Of a stretch of 64,000 nt of DNA, positions 50,767 to 63,477 are shown piece after piece (the first letter of the stretch is position 1; the number at the start of each line of letters is the position of its first letter). A program made the translations under genes and the position numbers. The notes below the pieces were generated by a model. It ran no database searches. It was not told where the DNA came from and saw only the letters and a program-made list of their open reading frames with translations. This stretch comes from Squalus acanthias (Eukaryota), in NCBI GenBank assembly GCA_030390025.1, contig CM059438.1, positions 54,376,001 to 54,440,000 of the forward strand. The letters are read 5' to 3'.

Positions 50767-51179
50767 CGGGACTGCTATAACTGCCTCTATCAACATTTTC
50801 AACATTCGAAGTCCCATTCCGAATCCCTTTAGATCAAGCTTACAACTTCAACATTTTAGCTTTTCACTGAACATCTCATCAGCTTTGAGACAGCCCATTC
50901 CTACAGAAACTTTAAGCTTCTGAGCAAGCTTCTCCCATTGCTTCCATCTCTAACTGTTTCTGCATCAGTTTCTCAGGAGTTGCTCCTAGTGCGTCTGTGG
51001 GGATGGAGTACTGTCTTTGGGGAGGGAGTCCCTTCCCACCAGGACCACCTCAACTTTCATTTGCCCGGCGGCCGAGGAATGGGGGTGCCCACACTGCCAA
51101 CAAGGGTCCCCAATCTTTGCGGGGGGGTCCTTGGGACCCACCGACTTAACAGGACCAACCGTGTTAGCCATTGACACCG

Positions 51180-51434
51180 CTCATTCCCTGATTTATTTCC
51201 CCACAGTGCAACATTATGCATGACAGGAATGGCCTCCGGGACACCAGTGGCGCCTTGAATGATCGTAACCATAGATGGTGGAACAGAAGTATCCGCAAAT
51301 GTAAACATGGACCCTGTGTCAATTGAAGATATTTCCTGCTGTTCTTCCACACATGCCTCAATAAGGGGGTGGCCACCCGTATCCTGAAGTAAAGGTCCTA
51401 AGAAAGCGACATGTGTGATTGAGGAATGCCCTCC
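51180..51434 (-). pseudogene. pro: Retroviral aspartic protease remnant
   Basis: HPLIEACVEEQQEISSIDTGSMFTF...IIQGATG (DTG active site and flap-like motif). Confidence 0.75.
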
Positions 51435-53470
51435 CTACTGCAATTCTGCCTCTCTTGCGGAGTCTCCCTCTGACCTCACCAACTGGATCGAGATCTCAGT
51501 CCCTTCTGTGATTACCTCCTTTTCCCAATTCTTCAACTTTACCTTTAACTTCTCTAAGGGGGCTAAATTCGGTTGATTTAGGGTGCTAACGGGGCGCAAA
51601 TCAACTAGCGCCTGGGCGCGGCACCGCTAACGCCACCCGCAAAATTCAGCGGGAGGTTAGCGGCGGCGCTGCGCCACCGGTGATGACGTCATCGCCGTGC
51701 GCAGCGTCCCGCTCGCGCCCCGGCTGTAACATTGGGTGGCGCCCCCCGACTTACAGCCGGACGCTATGTCCGCCGGGGTCAGGGGGCCTACCTGCGGCCG
51801 GGGCGGCACTCGTTAAAGGGGAGGTGGCAGGCGGCCATTTTTGTTGCTGGCCGCCTTCCCCCATTGCTGTCCCCGGCCCCTATGAAGTCCCCCCACGGGG
51901 TGAAGGCTGCTCTCCATGAGCCCGGCACTCCTCTTGAGTGTCGGGCTCGTTTGCCGGCACTCCCGATCCCTGGTGGCCCAGCTGGGTGCCGGGACGCGCT
52001 GTGCCAGCCCCTTCCCCTTTAATAAGGGGAGGGAGGCCTGCAGTACCGCGGCGCGACGTGCCGCAGCACCATGTGCCGCAATATTGCCTCATAGTGCCTC
52101 AAGAGGGACGCGGGGCGCTTCCAGTAGCGGGCGCTACCCAATTTTTACCCATAATTCTTTAGCCAATCTATCCCTGTCCTCTATCCACTGAGGGGTCAGG
52201 ACCCAGGTTCCGCCTGGACCTGCTCCCCTCATGCGACCCCTCCTGGGATTTATCCACTCAGGCCCTTCTGCCTTCCAGCGCTGTAACCACCGTCTCACTT
52301 CCATGACTGGGATACCTGCAGCTCTCTGATACAGGCTTTCCACCCTCACCATCCATTTATCAAAACTCTCGTCCCCGCCCCAGGCATCTACTTCCAGCAC
52401 AATTGAGGGGGGTAGAAGAGTCAAAATGATCTCTCTATGGGCATCATCCCCACAATAACTGATGTCAATCCAATTTGTTCCCAAGCTTTTGCACAATTGA
52501 AATTTAAGTTCCCGCTTCCCTGGATCCTTCCCCTGGTAATAATGCAAGATGCTTTATCAACTGAGGCCGTGAATGAGCATCGAAATGCACAATTATTATT
52601 CTACAGAGCAGGGACCTGGAGTTTGTTTCAAAACCTTCCACCTTTCCCCAGTGATTCCCTAAAACTCGTAGAATCATATGGACCCTCTGTTTCTCCGATA
52701 TGTCTCCCGACTGCCACCATCCCAGAATATTACACCACCATTGGGCAAACTTATTAAGATCCTGAAGTGGTGCAGGTCCCACTTCACCGAGGATAGCTCT
52801 CATGTCCTGTAACTTTACCCCTCCTCACTCATACCAGGAATCCCCAAAACCACTAAAGGTAGTGCTCCCTTCACGACTGCCATAGGGAGTGGAAGTTTCA
52901 TGATTGTGCTCTTGCCTTGTCCGCCTGAACATGCTTCCCCCACTCTCCACATTACCAGAAGGTCGGGTGTAATGTTGCAGGGTGACAAGCGTCTGAGGAG
53001 CAGAAGAGGCATCTAACTGCTCCGCCTCTGCACCTAATGTTGCCACGCAAACCACTCGGGTTCGGGGCTCCAAAGTCGGAGAAGGTAAAGGGGGTGCGGA
53101 AGGGAACGGTGGCCATGCTCCCTGTCCCTTAATCCCCTTTTCAACTCTTGGACCTGGGGAATCCTCTGAACACCACCAGGTGTCATCAATTTCTGTCTCC
53201 GCTGGGCAAGCTAATACCGCCACCTGCTGCCCTCCCATCCCTGGGGTGGTAGGGCCCTCTAACTACACTGCCCGCCCAGGTCTCCACCAACTTTGCATGC
53301 TGCAGCTTAGATATTCCTTTCTCTAGTTCTTGATTCGTGTTCTCTTCATCCACAAGATGCTGATCCAGCGTCAGAACAGTCCTGGCTGCTCCGAGCGCCT
53401 GGAATCGACAGATTTCTACCTCTTTCCTGGCTGCCGCTAGCTGCTCAGAAAGGACATCGAGGTACCCAGG
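51435..53470 (-). pseudogene. gag: Retroviral gag remnant
   Basis: Coiled-coil N-terminal part, PPFPSAPP late-domain-like motif, Trp-rich capsid-like region; frame is restored when the MITE at 51558-52151 is removed; ends at TAG 51435-51437. Confidence 0.65.
51558..52151. mobile_element. Harbinger-type MITE family B (inverted)
   Basis: TSD TAA; imperfect TIRs; inserted in gag. Confidence 0.85.
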
Positions 53471-53479
53471 TAGTGTGGG

Positions 53480-54451
53480 CTTTTGCTCCCACAGAGGGCA
53501 CTGCACAAAGGCCAGACACACAGCGGGTATTCAGGGAGCATTTCGCCTACATTAACTTTACTGAGGAGCAATGCCTGAGGCATTTTTGCTTCACCAAAGA
53601 GGCTGTCACCGAGCTATGTCACCTGCTGCAACCACAACTCGAACCTCGCACCAGGGCATGGACAGCACTGCCTGTGGCTGTCAAGGTCACCGTGGCCCTT
53701 ATCTTTTATGTCACAGGCCCCTGTCAGGCTGCAACAGGTGACATCAGCAACATTCTCCAGTTCGCAGTACACTGATGTATCAGGGAGGTCATTGAGTCTC
53801 TCTACGCCAGGAAAGACACCGACATCTCCTTCCCTATTGACAGAGCAAAGCACGATGAGAGGGAACTAGGTTTCACCTGCATGTCAGGCTTCCGCAGGGT
53901 GCAATGTGCCATAGACTGCATTCACATTGATTTGTGTGCTTCCTATCACCAGTCTGGCATCTTTATCAATCGAAAGGGATTGGAATAGCTCAACGTACAG
54001 CTGGTTTGCGACGAAAGGCAGTACATCATGCAGGTCTGTGCCTGCTATCCCAGCAGCAGTTATGACTCCTGCGTCAGTCCTCTGTACCACCTTTATTACA
54101 ATAAGGCCGCCAAGATACAAGTTGGCTGCTGGGCGACAAGGTTATACCCTCCGTACATGACTCCAGTCAGGAACCTGTGCTCAGCTGCAGAGCAGGCCTA
54201 CAACGTGAGCCTTGCTGCCACAAGGGACATTATCGAGCAAACAATTGGTGAGCTCAAGCAACGCTCCTGCCTGGACCGGAGGAGCCCTGCACCTCACCCC
54301 TGAGCAGGTATCTAGATTTGTTATCATCTGCTGCATGCTCCACAACTTCACCATCATGAGGAACCAGCCCTCACCATCACCTGGGCAGAAGGAGAGAGCA
54401 CCTAGCTGCCGGAGTATCAGAGACCAGCTCATCAAGGAGCACTTCACCTAA
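53480..54451 (+). pseudogene. PIF/Harbinger (HARBI1-like) DDE transposase pseudogene
   Basis: CLRHFCFTKEAVTELCHLL...LPVAVKVTVAL...VQCAIDCIHI...FINRKG...LNVQLVCD...YNVSLAATRDIIEQTIGELKQR...ICCMLHNF; stops and deletions. Confidence 0.9.
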
Positions 54452-55314
54452 ATCAGCCCTCACATTCCCTATTCACCAACAGTCCCACAGTTCTTGCCAC
54501 TTTCCTTACAACCGTCATCCGATTGCCATCCTTCAGTCCAGACTTATGGGTCTTGCCCTCACTTCACAACAAGTAAAATTACCAACACCAAATCCAGAAC
54601 AAAAAACAAATTTATCAAATAAATATTGTCAAATCATGTCTGCATTGACAAAAAAATGACGAATCACTCTTGTACGAGCCTTTAGTGCCTGCCTCGTGTG
54701 CTCGTTTCCCTATCCTGGTGCTCCTTCAAGGTCTTTCCCCAGTGGTTGCAGCTTGGGAGGTGGAAGGCTGCTGAGCTTCAACTGAGGACACACCAAATGG
54801 CCTTGGAGGATGGCCTCGACCAGCTGTGCGGTCTGCATCCACGTGAACTGGCGCGGGCTATGCCCACTGCTCGCTCGTTCTCAGGTGCAGTCGGATTTCG
54901 GGGCCATTGTATTACCTTTGACAAAAAAAATCAGGTAAAACGTGTAGCTTTAAAAACAAACAGATCAGGGATACCAGTCAGATTAACAAAATTATTGATC
55001 TAGGAGATTTTACTCAACCCGTTCATTGATTGGGATAGGGAGGGAGTAAATGGAGAAATTTCCGAAAATGTGTAGCGGACTCCTTACTCAAGCAGCATGT
55101 TCGTAAGCATACAAAGGGAGGGGTGTTGGTAGTTCTAGTTATTAGTAATGAAATAGATCAGCAAATTACTTAAATGTAGGTGAGCACCTTGGGAGTACTG
55201 ACCACAATATGATCAAGTTCAAGGTCCAAACAGAAAGGGACAAAAACAAGGGCACAGATTGGAATAGGGCAGGTTTTAGAAATATGAGCAGTGAAGCGGA
55301 AGGAGAAAGCGGCC

Positions 55315-58300
55315 CAGGACTGTGGATCTGACTGCGGGCGCGGAGACCCGGGACTGTGGGTCTGTGTGTGTGGAGACCCGGGACTGTGGATCTGACTGTG
55401 GGCGCGGAGACCCGGGACTGTGGGTCTGTGTGTGGAGACCCGGGACTGTGGGTCTGTGTGTGTGTGTGTGGAGACCCGGGACTGTGGGTCTGTGTGCGGA
55501 GACCTGGGACTGTGGGTCTGTGTGTGTGGAGACCCGGGACTGTGGGTCTGTGTGTGTGGAGACCCGGGACTGTGGGTCTGTGTGTGTGGAGACCCGGGAC
55601 TGTGGGTCTGTGTGTGTGGAGACCCAGGACTGTGGGTCTGTGTGTGTGGAGACCCGGGACTGTGGGTCTGTGTGTGTGGAGACCCGGGACTGTGGGTCTG
55701 TGTGTGTGGAGACCCCGGACTGTGGGACTGTGTGTGGGGACCCAGGACTGTGGGTCTGTGTGTGTGGAGACCCGGGACTGTGGGTCTGTGAATGTGGAGC
55801 CCCGGGACTGTGGGTCTGTGTGTGGAGACCCGGGACTGTGGGTCTGTGTGTGTGGAGACCCGGGACTGTGGGTCTGTGTGTGTGGAGACCCGGGACTGTG
55901 GGTCTGTGTGTGTGGAGACCTGGGACTGTGGGTCTGTGTGTGTGGAGACCCGGGACTGTGGGCCTGTGTGTGTGCAGACCCGGGACTGTGGGTCTGTGTG
56001 TGTGGAGACCCGGGACTGTGGGTCTGTGTGTCTGGAGACCCGGGACTGTGGGTCTGTGTGTGGAGACCCGGGATTGGGTCTGTGTGTATGGAGACCCGGG
56101 ACTGTGGGTCTGTGTGTGTGGAGACCCGGGCCTGTGGGCTGTGTGTGGAGACCCGGGACTGTGGGTCTGTGTGTGTGGAGACCCGGGACTGTGGATCTGT
56201 GAGTGTGGAGACCCGGGACTGTGGGTCTGTGTGTGTGGAGACCTGGGACTGTGGGTCAGTGTGTGGAGACCCTGGACTGTGGGTCTGTGTGTGTGGAGAC
56301 CCGGGACTGTGGGTCTGTGTGTGTGGAGACCCGGGACTGTGGGTCTGTGTGTGTGGAGACCCGGGACTGTGGGTCTGTGTGTGTGGAGACCCGGGACTGT
56401 GGGTCTGTGTGTGTGGAGACCTGGGACTGTGGCTCTGTGTGTGGAGACCCGGGACTGTGGGTCTGTGTGTGTGGAGACCCGGGACTGTGGGTCTGTGTGT
56501 GTGTGCAGACCCGGGACTGTGGGTCTGTGTGTGTGGAGACCCGGGACTGTGGGTCTGTGTGTGTGGAGACCCGGGACTGTGGGTCTGTGTGTGTGTGTGG
56601 AGACCCGGGACTGTGGGTCTGTGTGTGTGTGTGGAGACCCGGGACTGTGGGTCTGTGTGTGGAGACCCGGGACTGTGGGTCTGTGTGTGTGGAGATCCTG
56701 CACTGTGGGTCTGTGTGTGTGTGTGGAGACCCGGGACTGTGGGTCTGTGTGTGGAGACCCGGGACTGTGGGTCAGTGTGTGGAGACCCGGGACTGTGGGT
56801 CTGTGTGTGGAGACCCGGGACTGTGGGTCTGTGTCTGGAGACCCGGGACTGTGGCTCTGTGTGTGGAGACCCGGGACTGTGGGTCTGTGTGTGTGGAGAC
56901 CTGGGACTGTGGGTCAGTGTGTGGAGACCCGGGACTGTGGCTCTGTGTGTGGAGACCCGGGACTGTGGGTCTGTGTGTGTGGAGACCCGGGACTGTGGGT
57001 CTGTGTGTGTGGAGACCCGGGACTGTGGGTCAGTGTGTGGAGACCCGGGACTGTGGGTCTGTGTGTGTGGAGACCCGGGACTGTGGGTCTGTGTGTGTGG
57101 AGACCCGGGACTGTGGATCTGTGTGTGTGGAGACCCGGGACTGTGCGTCTGTGTGTGTGGACACCCGGGACTGTGGGTCTGTGTGTGTGGAGACCCGGGA
57201 CTGTGGGTCTGTGTGTGTGGAGACCCGGGACTGTGGGTCTGTGTGTGTGGAGACCCGGGACTGTGGGTCTGTGTGTGTGGAGACCCGGGTACTGTGGGTC
57301 TTTGTGTCTGGAGAAGTCGGGACTGTGGGTCTGTGTGTGTGGAGACCCGGGACTGTGGGTCGGTGTGTCTGGAGACCCGGGACTGTGGGTCTGTGTGTGT
57401 GGAGACCGGGACTGTGGGTCTGTGTGTGTGGACACCCGGGACTGTGGGTCTGTGTGTGTGGAGACCCGGGACTGTAGGTCTGTGTGTGTGGAGACCCGGG
57501 ACTGTGGGTCTGTGTGTGTAGAGAACCGGGACTGTGTGTCTGGGGACCCGGGACTGTGGGTCTGTGTGTGGAGACCCGGGACTGTGGGTCTGTGTGTGCA
57601 GACCCGGGACTGTGGGTCTGTGTGTGTGGAGACCCGGGACTGTGGGTCTGTGTGTGGAGACCCGGGACTGTGGGTCTGTGTGTGGAGACCCGGGACTGTG
57701 GGTGTGTGTGTGTGGAGACCCGGGACTGTGGGTCTGTGTGTATGGAGACTTGGGACTGTGGGTCTGTGTGTGTGGAGACCTGGGACTGTGGGTCTGTGTG
57801 TGTGGAGACCCGGGACTGTGGGTCTGTGTGTGTGGAGACCCGGGACTGTGGTTCTGTGTGTGGAGGTCCGGGACTGTGGGTCTGTGTGTGTGGAGACCCG
57901 GGACTGTGGGTCTGTGTGTGTGGAGACCCGGGACTGTGGGTCTGTGTGTGGAGACCCGGAACTGTGGGTCTGTGTGTGTGGAGACCCGGGACTGTGGGTC
58001 TGTGTGTGTGGAGACCCGGGACTGTGGGTCTGTGTGTGTGGAGACCCGGGTACTGTGGGTCTTTGTGTCTGGAGAAGTCGGGACTGTGGGTCTGTGTGTG
58101 TGGAGACCCGGGACTGTGGGTCGGTGTGTCTGGAGACCCGGGACTGTGGGTCTGTGTGTGTGGAGACCGGGACTGTGGGTCTGTGTGTGTGGACACCCGG
58201 GACTGTGGGTCTGTGTGTGTGGAGACCCGGGACTGTAGGTCTGTTTGTGTGGAGACCCGGGACTGTGGGTCTGTGTGTGTAGAGAACCGGGACTGTGTGT

Positions 58301-59228
58301 CTGGGGACCCGGGACTGTGGGTCTGTGTGTGGAGACCCGGGACTGTGGGTCTGTGTGTGCAGACCCGGGACTGTGGGTCTGTGTGTGTGGAGACCCGGGA
58401 CTGTGGGTCTGTGTGTGGAGACCCGGGACTGTGGGTCTGTGTGTGGAGACCCGGGACTGTGGGTGTGTGTGTGTGGAGACCCGGGACTGTGGGTCTGTGT
58501 GTATGGAGACTTGGGACTGTGGGTCTGTGTGTGTGGAGACCTGGGACTGTGGGTCTGTGTGTGTGGAGACCCGGGACTGTGGTTCTGTGTGTGGAGGTCC
58601 GGGACTGTGGGTCTGTGTGTGTGGAGACCCGGGACTGTGGGTCTGTGTGTGTGGAGACCCGGGACTGTGGGTCTGTGTGTGTGGAGACCCGTGACTGTGG
58701 GTCTGCGTGTGGAGACCTGGGACTGTGGGTCTGTGTGTGTGGAGACCCGTGACTGTGGGTCTGCGTGTGGAGACCTGGGACTGTGGGTCTGTGTGTGTGG
58801 AGACCCGGGACTTTGGGTCTGTGTGTGTGGAGACCCGGGACTGTGGGTCTGTGTGTGTGGAGACCCGGGACTGTGGGTCTGTTTGTGTGGAGACCCGGGA
58901 CTGTGGGTCTGTGTGTGGAGACCCGGGACTGTGGGTCTGTGTGTGGAGACCCGGGACTGTGGGTCTGTGTGTCTGGAGACCCAGGACTGTGGGTCTGTGT
59001 GTGTGGAGACCCGGGACTGTGGGTCTGTGTGTCTGGAGACCCAGGACTGTGGGTCTGTGTGTGTGGAGACCCGGGACTGTGGGTCTGTGTGTGTAGAGAC
59101 CCGGCACTGTGGGTCTGTGTGTGTGGAGACCCGGGACTGTGGGTCTGTGTGTGTGTGGAGACCCGGCACTGTGGGTCTGTGTGTGTGGAGACCCGGGACT
59201 GTGGGTCTGTGTGTGTGTGTGGAGACCC
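55315..59228. repeat. ~30-bp minisatellite (GGAGACCCGGGACTGTGGGTC(TG)n), roughly 130 units, with higher-order duplication
   Basis: Direct inspection; unit length varies with the TG count. Confidence 0.98.
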
Positions 59229-59398
59229 AAATTCCATCGTAACAGGGCAGGTTGTCTGCTGCCTCTTTCCCCTATCAAAATGGAGGATGACATTACAAGA
59301 ATCGGCTCCATCCAGCAGCTAAATCAAGGATTGGCCAACTGCAGTCCAAGCAGCTCTGGAACTCAGACTCTCACCCAACTTGTTGCGATTCAGCTATT

Positions 59399-60025
59399 TG
59401 GCCTTAAAATTCGGTTGCATTTGTGCTTTCCGTTAGCGCCCTAAGAGGGCGCTAATGGGTGCAAAGCAACTCGCGCCCGGCCGCGGCACTGCCAACGCCT
59501 CCCGGGAAATTCAGCGGGAGGTTAGCTGTGGCAGTAACCGTTAGCGCCCTGCGCCGCTGGCGATGACATCATCGCCGTGCGCAACGCCCCGTTCACGCTC
59601 CGGCTGCGATCTTCGGTCGCGCCCCCTGATTTACCGCCGGACGCTATGTCCAACGGGGTCAGGGGGGCCTACTTGCGGCCGGGTCAGCACTAATTAAAGG
59701 GACGGTGCCGGGCGGCCATTTTTGTTGCTGGCCGCCTGCCAGCACTTGCCCCCGTTGCCGTTCCCGGTCTCCTGAGCAGCCCCCCCGCGGAGTGCCAGCT
59801 GCGCTCCGTGAGCCCGGCACTTCTCTTGAGTGCCGGGCTCTTTTGCCGGCACTCCGATCCCTGGTGATATTCCCTCGCAGCGTCCCAAGAGTGAGGTGGG
59901 TCACCTCCAGTAGCACCCCGCTTCCCTCTTGGGGCGCTACCAATGAATTTTGTCCACGGGGGCGCTAAATTTTTCACCTCGGCGAAGTTAGCGCCCCAAA
60001 GGGGGCGCGACTCAAATTTTCCCCC
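59399..60025. mobile_element. Harbinger-type MITE family B (inverted)
   Basis: Reverse complement of the 17093-17801 and 34552-35209 elements; ends AAATTTTCCCCC. Confidence 0.85.
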
Positions 60026-60704
60026 AAGCATTTTAAACTGATTTTTTAATGTTCTCATTAAAATTTAATTCAGTGTCACTTGTCAAAGTTTAATCTTTGT
60101 GTGGCTTCTGCCAACAATGATAACCTGGCCAGCAAACTAGAGGAGTTCGGATTCTTCAGAGAACCTTACAATTCTAATACACGCAAGGAAATGAGGGCCC
60201 CAAGAATCAGTAGTGTCAGAAAGATAGATATAAACAACATAAACTTCAAATGAATGTCCAGTGAAATGCACATAATGAGAAATTAAAATATTTAGTAGCT
60301 GTTTGAAAGTAGACGGTGTAAGTGTTCAGATTGCCCTCTGGTGTCTGTGCAGGGCTCTAATTCTAGTAACACGGCACTGGATGCATCACCCATTTGATTA
60401 TAATTGAAAGGCTTAACAAGGACTCGAAGGAAAGATTTCCATTGGGAACTCGTGCTGTGCAATCAGAATGTTCTGATTCATGTCACCAAAGTACGAATGA
60501 GGAACACTGGTCCCTTGCGTATAACTTCCGATTTTAGAGTGTTGGAATTTTCCATTTCAATGCAAACAAATTGAAAAGCAGGTAAAAAAGTTCCACAAAA
60601 TAATTTCATTCAGTAGAATGTTATTAGCCTCAGCACCATGTTCATGGCCAATTAGGATAATTTGCACTGATAATCAAGGTGAGTATCAATAACAATAAAG
60701 ATGT

Positions 60705-62780
60705 ATAGTAATAATATACATAATCACCAGCCCTGGATATGTCCTGCCCCAGGCAGGACAAACCCACCAGAGTTAGGGACACAATGGTATACACTCGGGC
60801 TGGGGGGGAGTGGAGGTGGAGGTGGTGGGAGGTGGCCCTGGAAGTCCGCAACATTGACTTTGAATCCCATGAAGTCTCATGGCTTCAGGTCAAACATGGG
60901 CAAGGAAAACTCCTGCTAATTACCACCTACCGCCCTCCCTCAGCTGATGAATCAGTGCTCCTCCATGTTGAAAGGAAAGGAGAGACTTGCATTTATATAG
61001 TGCCTTTCACGACCACCGGACATCTCAAAGCGCTTTACAGCCAATTAAGTACTTTTTGGAATGTAGTCACTGTTGTAATGTAGGAAATGCGGCAGCCAAT
61101 TTGTGCACAGCAAGCTCCCACAAACAGCAATGTGAAAATTGGCAGATAATCTGTTTTAGTGATGTTGATTGAGGGATAAATATTGGTCAGGACACCAGGG
61201 ATAGCTCCCCTGCTCCTCTTCAAAATAGTGCCATGGGATCTTTTACGTCCACCTGAGAGAGCAGACAGGACCTCAGTTTAACGTCTCATCTGAAAGACGG
61301 CACCTCCGACAGTGCAGCGCTCCCTCAGCACTGCACTGGAGTGTCAGCCTAGATTATCTGCTCAAGTTCCTGGAGTGGGTCTATGAACCCACAACCTTCT
61401 GACTCAGAGGTGAGAGAGTGCTACCCACTGAGCCACGGCTAACACCACTTTAAGGAAGGACTGAGGGTAGCAAGGACACAGAATGTACTCTGGATGGGGG
61501 ACTTCAATGTCCATCACCAAGAGTGGCTCGGTACCACCACTACTGACCGAGCTGGCCGAGTCCTGAAGGACATAGCTGGTCAACTGGGCTTGCAGCAGGT
61601 GGTGAGAGAACCAACACAACGGAATAACCTACTTCACCTTGTCCTCACCAATCTACCAGTCGCAGATGCATCTGACCATGACAGTATTGTTAGCAGTGAC
61701 CACCACATAGTCCTTGTAGAGACTAAGGTGGCTAAATTCAGTTGATTTGCGCCTCCCGTTAGCGCCCTAAGAAGGTGTCCGCTGGGGTCGGGGGGCATAT
61801 CCCTCACTGCTCCATCGCCATCAAGCCAGGAGGAGGCCGATATGGATCATCCACTCGGCACATGAGTGCAAAACACAAGGCTGAAACATTTGCAACTATC
61901 TTCAGCCAGAAGTGCCAAGTGGATGATCCATACCGGCCTCCTCCTGAGGTCCCCACTATCACATATGTCAGTCTCCAGCCAATTCGACTCACTCCACGTG
62001 ATATCAAGACTGAGTGCACTGGCTACGGATCCCAACATCCCGGCTGTAATGCTGAAGACTTTTGCTCCAGTACAGCTACAACACGGGCAATGTGGAAATG
62101 CCCAGGTACGTCCTGTCCACAAAACGTAGGACAAATTCAATCCTATTACCATCCTATCAGCCAATCTCAATCATCTGCAAAGTGATGGAAGGTGTCGTCA
62201 ACAGTGCTATCAAGCGGAACTTACTCACCAATAACCTGCTCACCGATGCTCAGCTTGGGTTCTGCCAGGACCACTCGGCTCCAGATCTCATTACAGCCGT
62301 GGTCCAAACATGGACAAAAGAGCTGAATTCCATAGGAAAGGTGTGAGTGACTGCCCTTGACATCAAAGCAGCATTCGACCAAGTGTGGCATCAAGGAGCC
62401 CTAGTTAAACTGAAGTCAGTGGAAATCAGGGGGAATGCTCTCCACTGTCTAGAGTCATACCTAGCACAAAGGAAGATGGTTGTGGTTGTTGGAGGCCAAT
62501 CATGTCAGCCCCAGGACATCGCTGCAGGAGTTCCTCAGGGCAGTGTCCTCGGCCCAACTACCTTCAGCTGCTTCATTAATGACCTTCCCTCCAACATATG
62601 GTCAGAAGTGGGACTGTTTGTTGATGATTGCAGTGATCAGCTCCATTTTCAATTCCTCAGATAATGAAGCAGTCCATGCCCACATGCAGCAAGATCTGGA
62701 CAACATCTAGGCTTGGGCTGATGAGTAGCAAGTAACATTCGCGCCACACATGTGCTGAGCAATGACTATCTCCAACAAAA
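60705..62780 (+). mobile_element. Second-family LINE (endonuclease and RT, degraded)
   Basis: ITTYRPPSAD, GDFNVHHQEWLG, DIKAAFDQVWH, GVPQGSVLGP. Confidence 0.85.
60973..61443 (-). mobile_element. Full-length tRNA-headed Deu-domain SINE (SacSINE1-like)
   Basis: Minus strand GCCGTGGCTCAGTGGGTAGC (A box) and GGGTTCATAGACCC (B-box-like), Deu-like core, L2-like tail; interrupts the LINE at GTTGAA|CACCAC. Confidence 0.82.
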
Positions 62781-62875
62781 ATGAGAAGTCGCACAACACC
62801 AGGTTATAGTCCAACAGTTTTATTTGAAATCACAAGCTTTCGGAGCTTACGTGGCCCCTTCCTCAGGTGAAGTAA
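62781..62875 (-). ncRNA. Penelope terminal fragment with hammerhead ribozyme core
   Basis: Minus strand CAC-CTGAGGA-A-GGGGC-CACGTAA-GCTCC-GAAA-GCTT-GTG followed by AATAAA. Confidence 0.7.
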
Positions 62876-62899
62876 AGAAATACAGACTCGACAAAGCAT

Positions 62900-63172
62900 A
62901 CATAGATACATAGAAGATAGGAGCAGGAGTAGGCCATCCGGCCCTTCGAGCCTGCTCCGCCATTTAATGAGATCATGGCTGATCCTCCAATTCAGTATCC
63001 CGTCCCCGCCTTCTCTCCGTAACCCTTAACCCCTTTTGCCTGTAGAAATATATCTAATTCCCTCTTAAATATATTTAATGAGCTGGCGTACACTGCCCTC
63101 TGTGGCAATGAGTTCCACAGGTTCACCACCCTCTGAGTGAAGAAATTCCCCCTCATTTCTGTCCTAAATGGT
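62900..63172 (-). mobile_element. CR1 3' end
   Basis: FRTEMRGNFFTQRVVNLWNSLP; CR1 tail. Confidence 0.88.
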
Positions 63173-63477
63173 TTAGTAAAGAATATATAGCATATATAGA
63201 TAGAGAACAATGCATGTGTAACTTACAAAGGCAGACGACTACATTTAAATCATCCTGACTGTTTATCTGCCGAGGTGTGACAAAAGGCAATCAGGTCAGC
63301 CAGGAAGGTACCACATCAAAGACATAGCAAGATACAACTGAGACAATGAGGTGGAGTTACAGGGGGTCCAATGTGTCAAAAGCCGCGGTCTGTATGGGAA
63401 ACGATAAACTTTTAAAAAATTTACTTTTTTACTGGGAATCACATCTGTGAACAAGCCAACGACGACCCGAGTCTGGA

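Larger units (their letters stand above)
46880..53470 (-). mobile_element. Second, LTR-less retroviral remnant (gag-pro-start of RT, decayed downstream region) interrupted by MITEs, a CR1 and a SINE
   Basis: Gag with PSAP, protease DTG, RQYSIP RT start, integrase-tail-like IRVSGIDKLTHWTHKK (about 47385-47435), and block 48925-49110 homologous to ERV 24515-24710. Confidence 0.65.

Noticed and set aside
50986..51177. CWQCGHPH as a Gag zinc knuckle
   Set aside because: It lies downstream of the protease in the pro-RT linker and lacks CX2CX4HX4C spacing
55166..59311. 1381-aa ORF and overlapping 400-990 aa ORFs
   Set aside because: Translations of a minisatellite that is open in nearly all frames on both strands; no domain content
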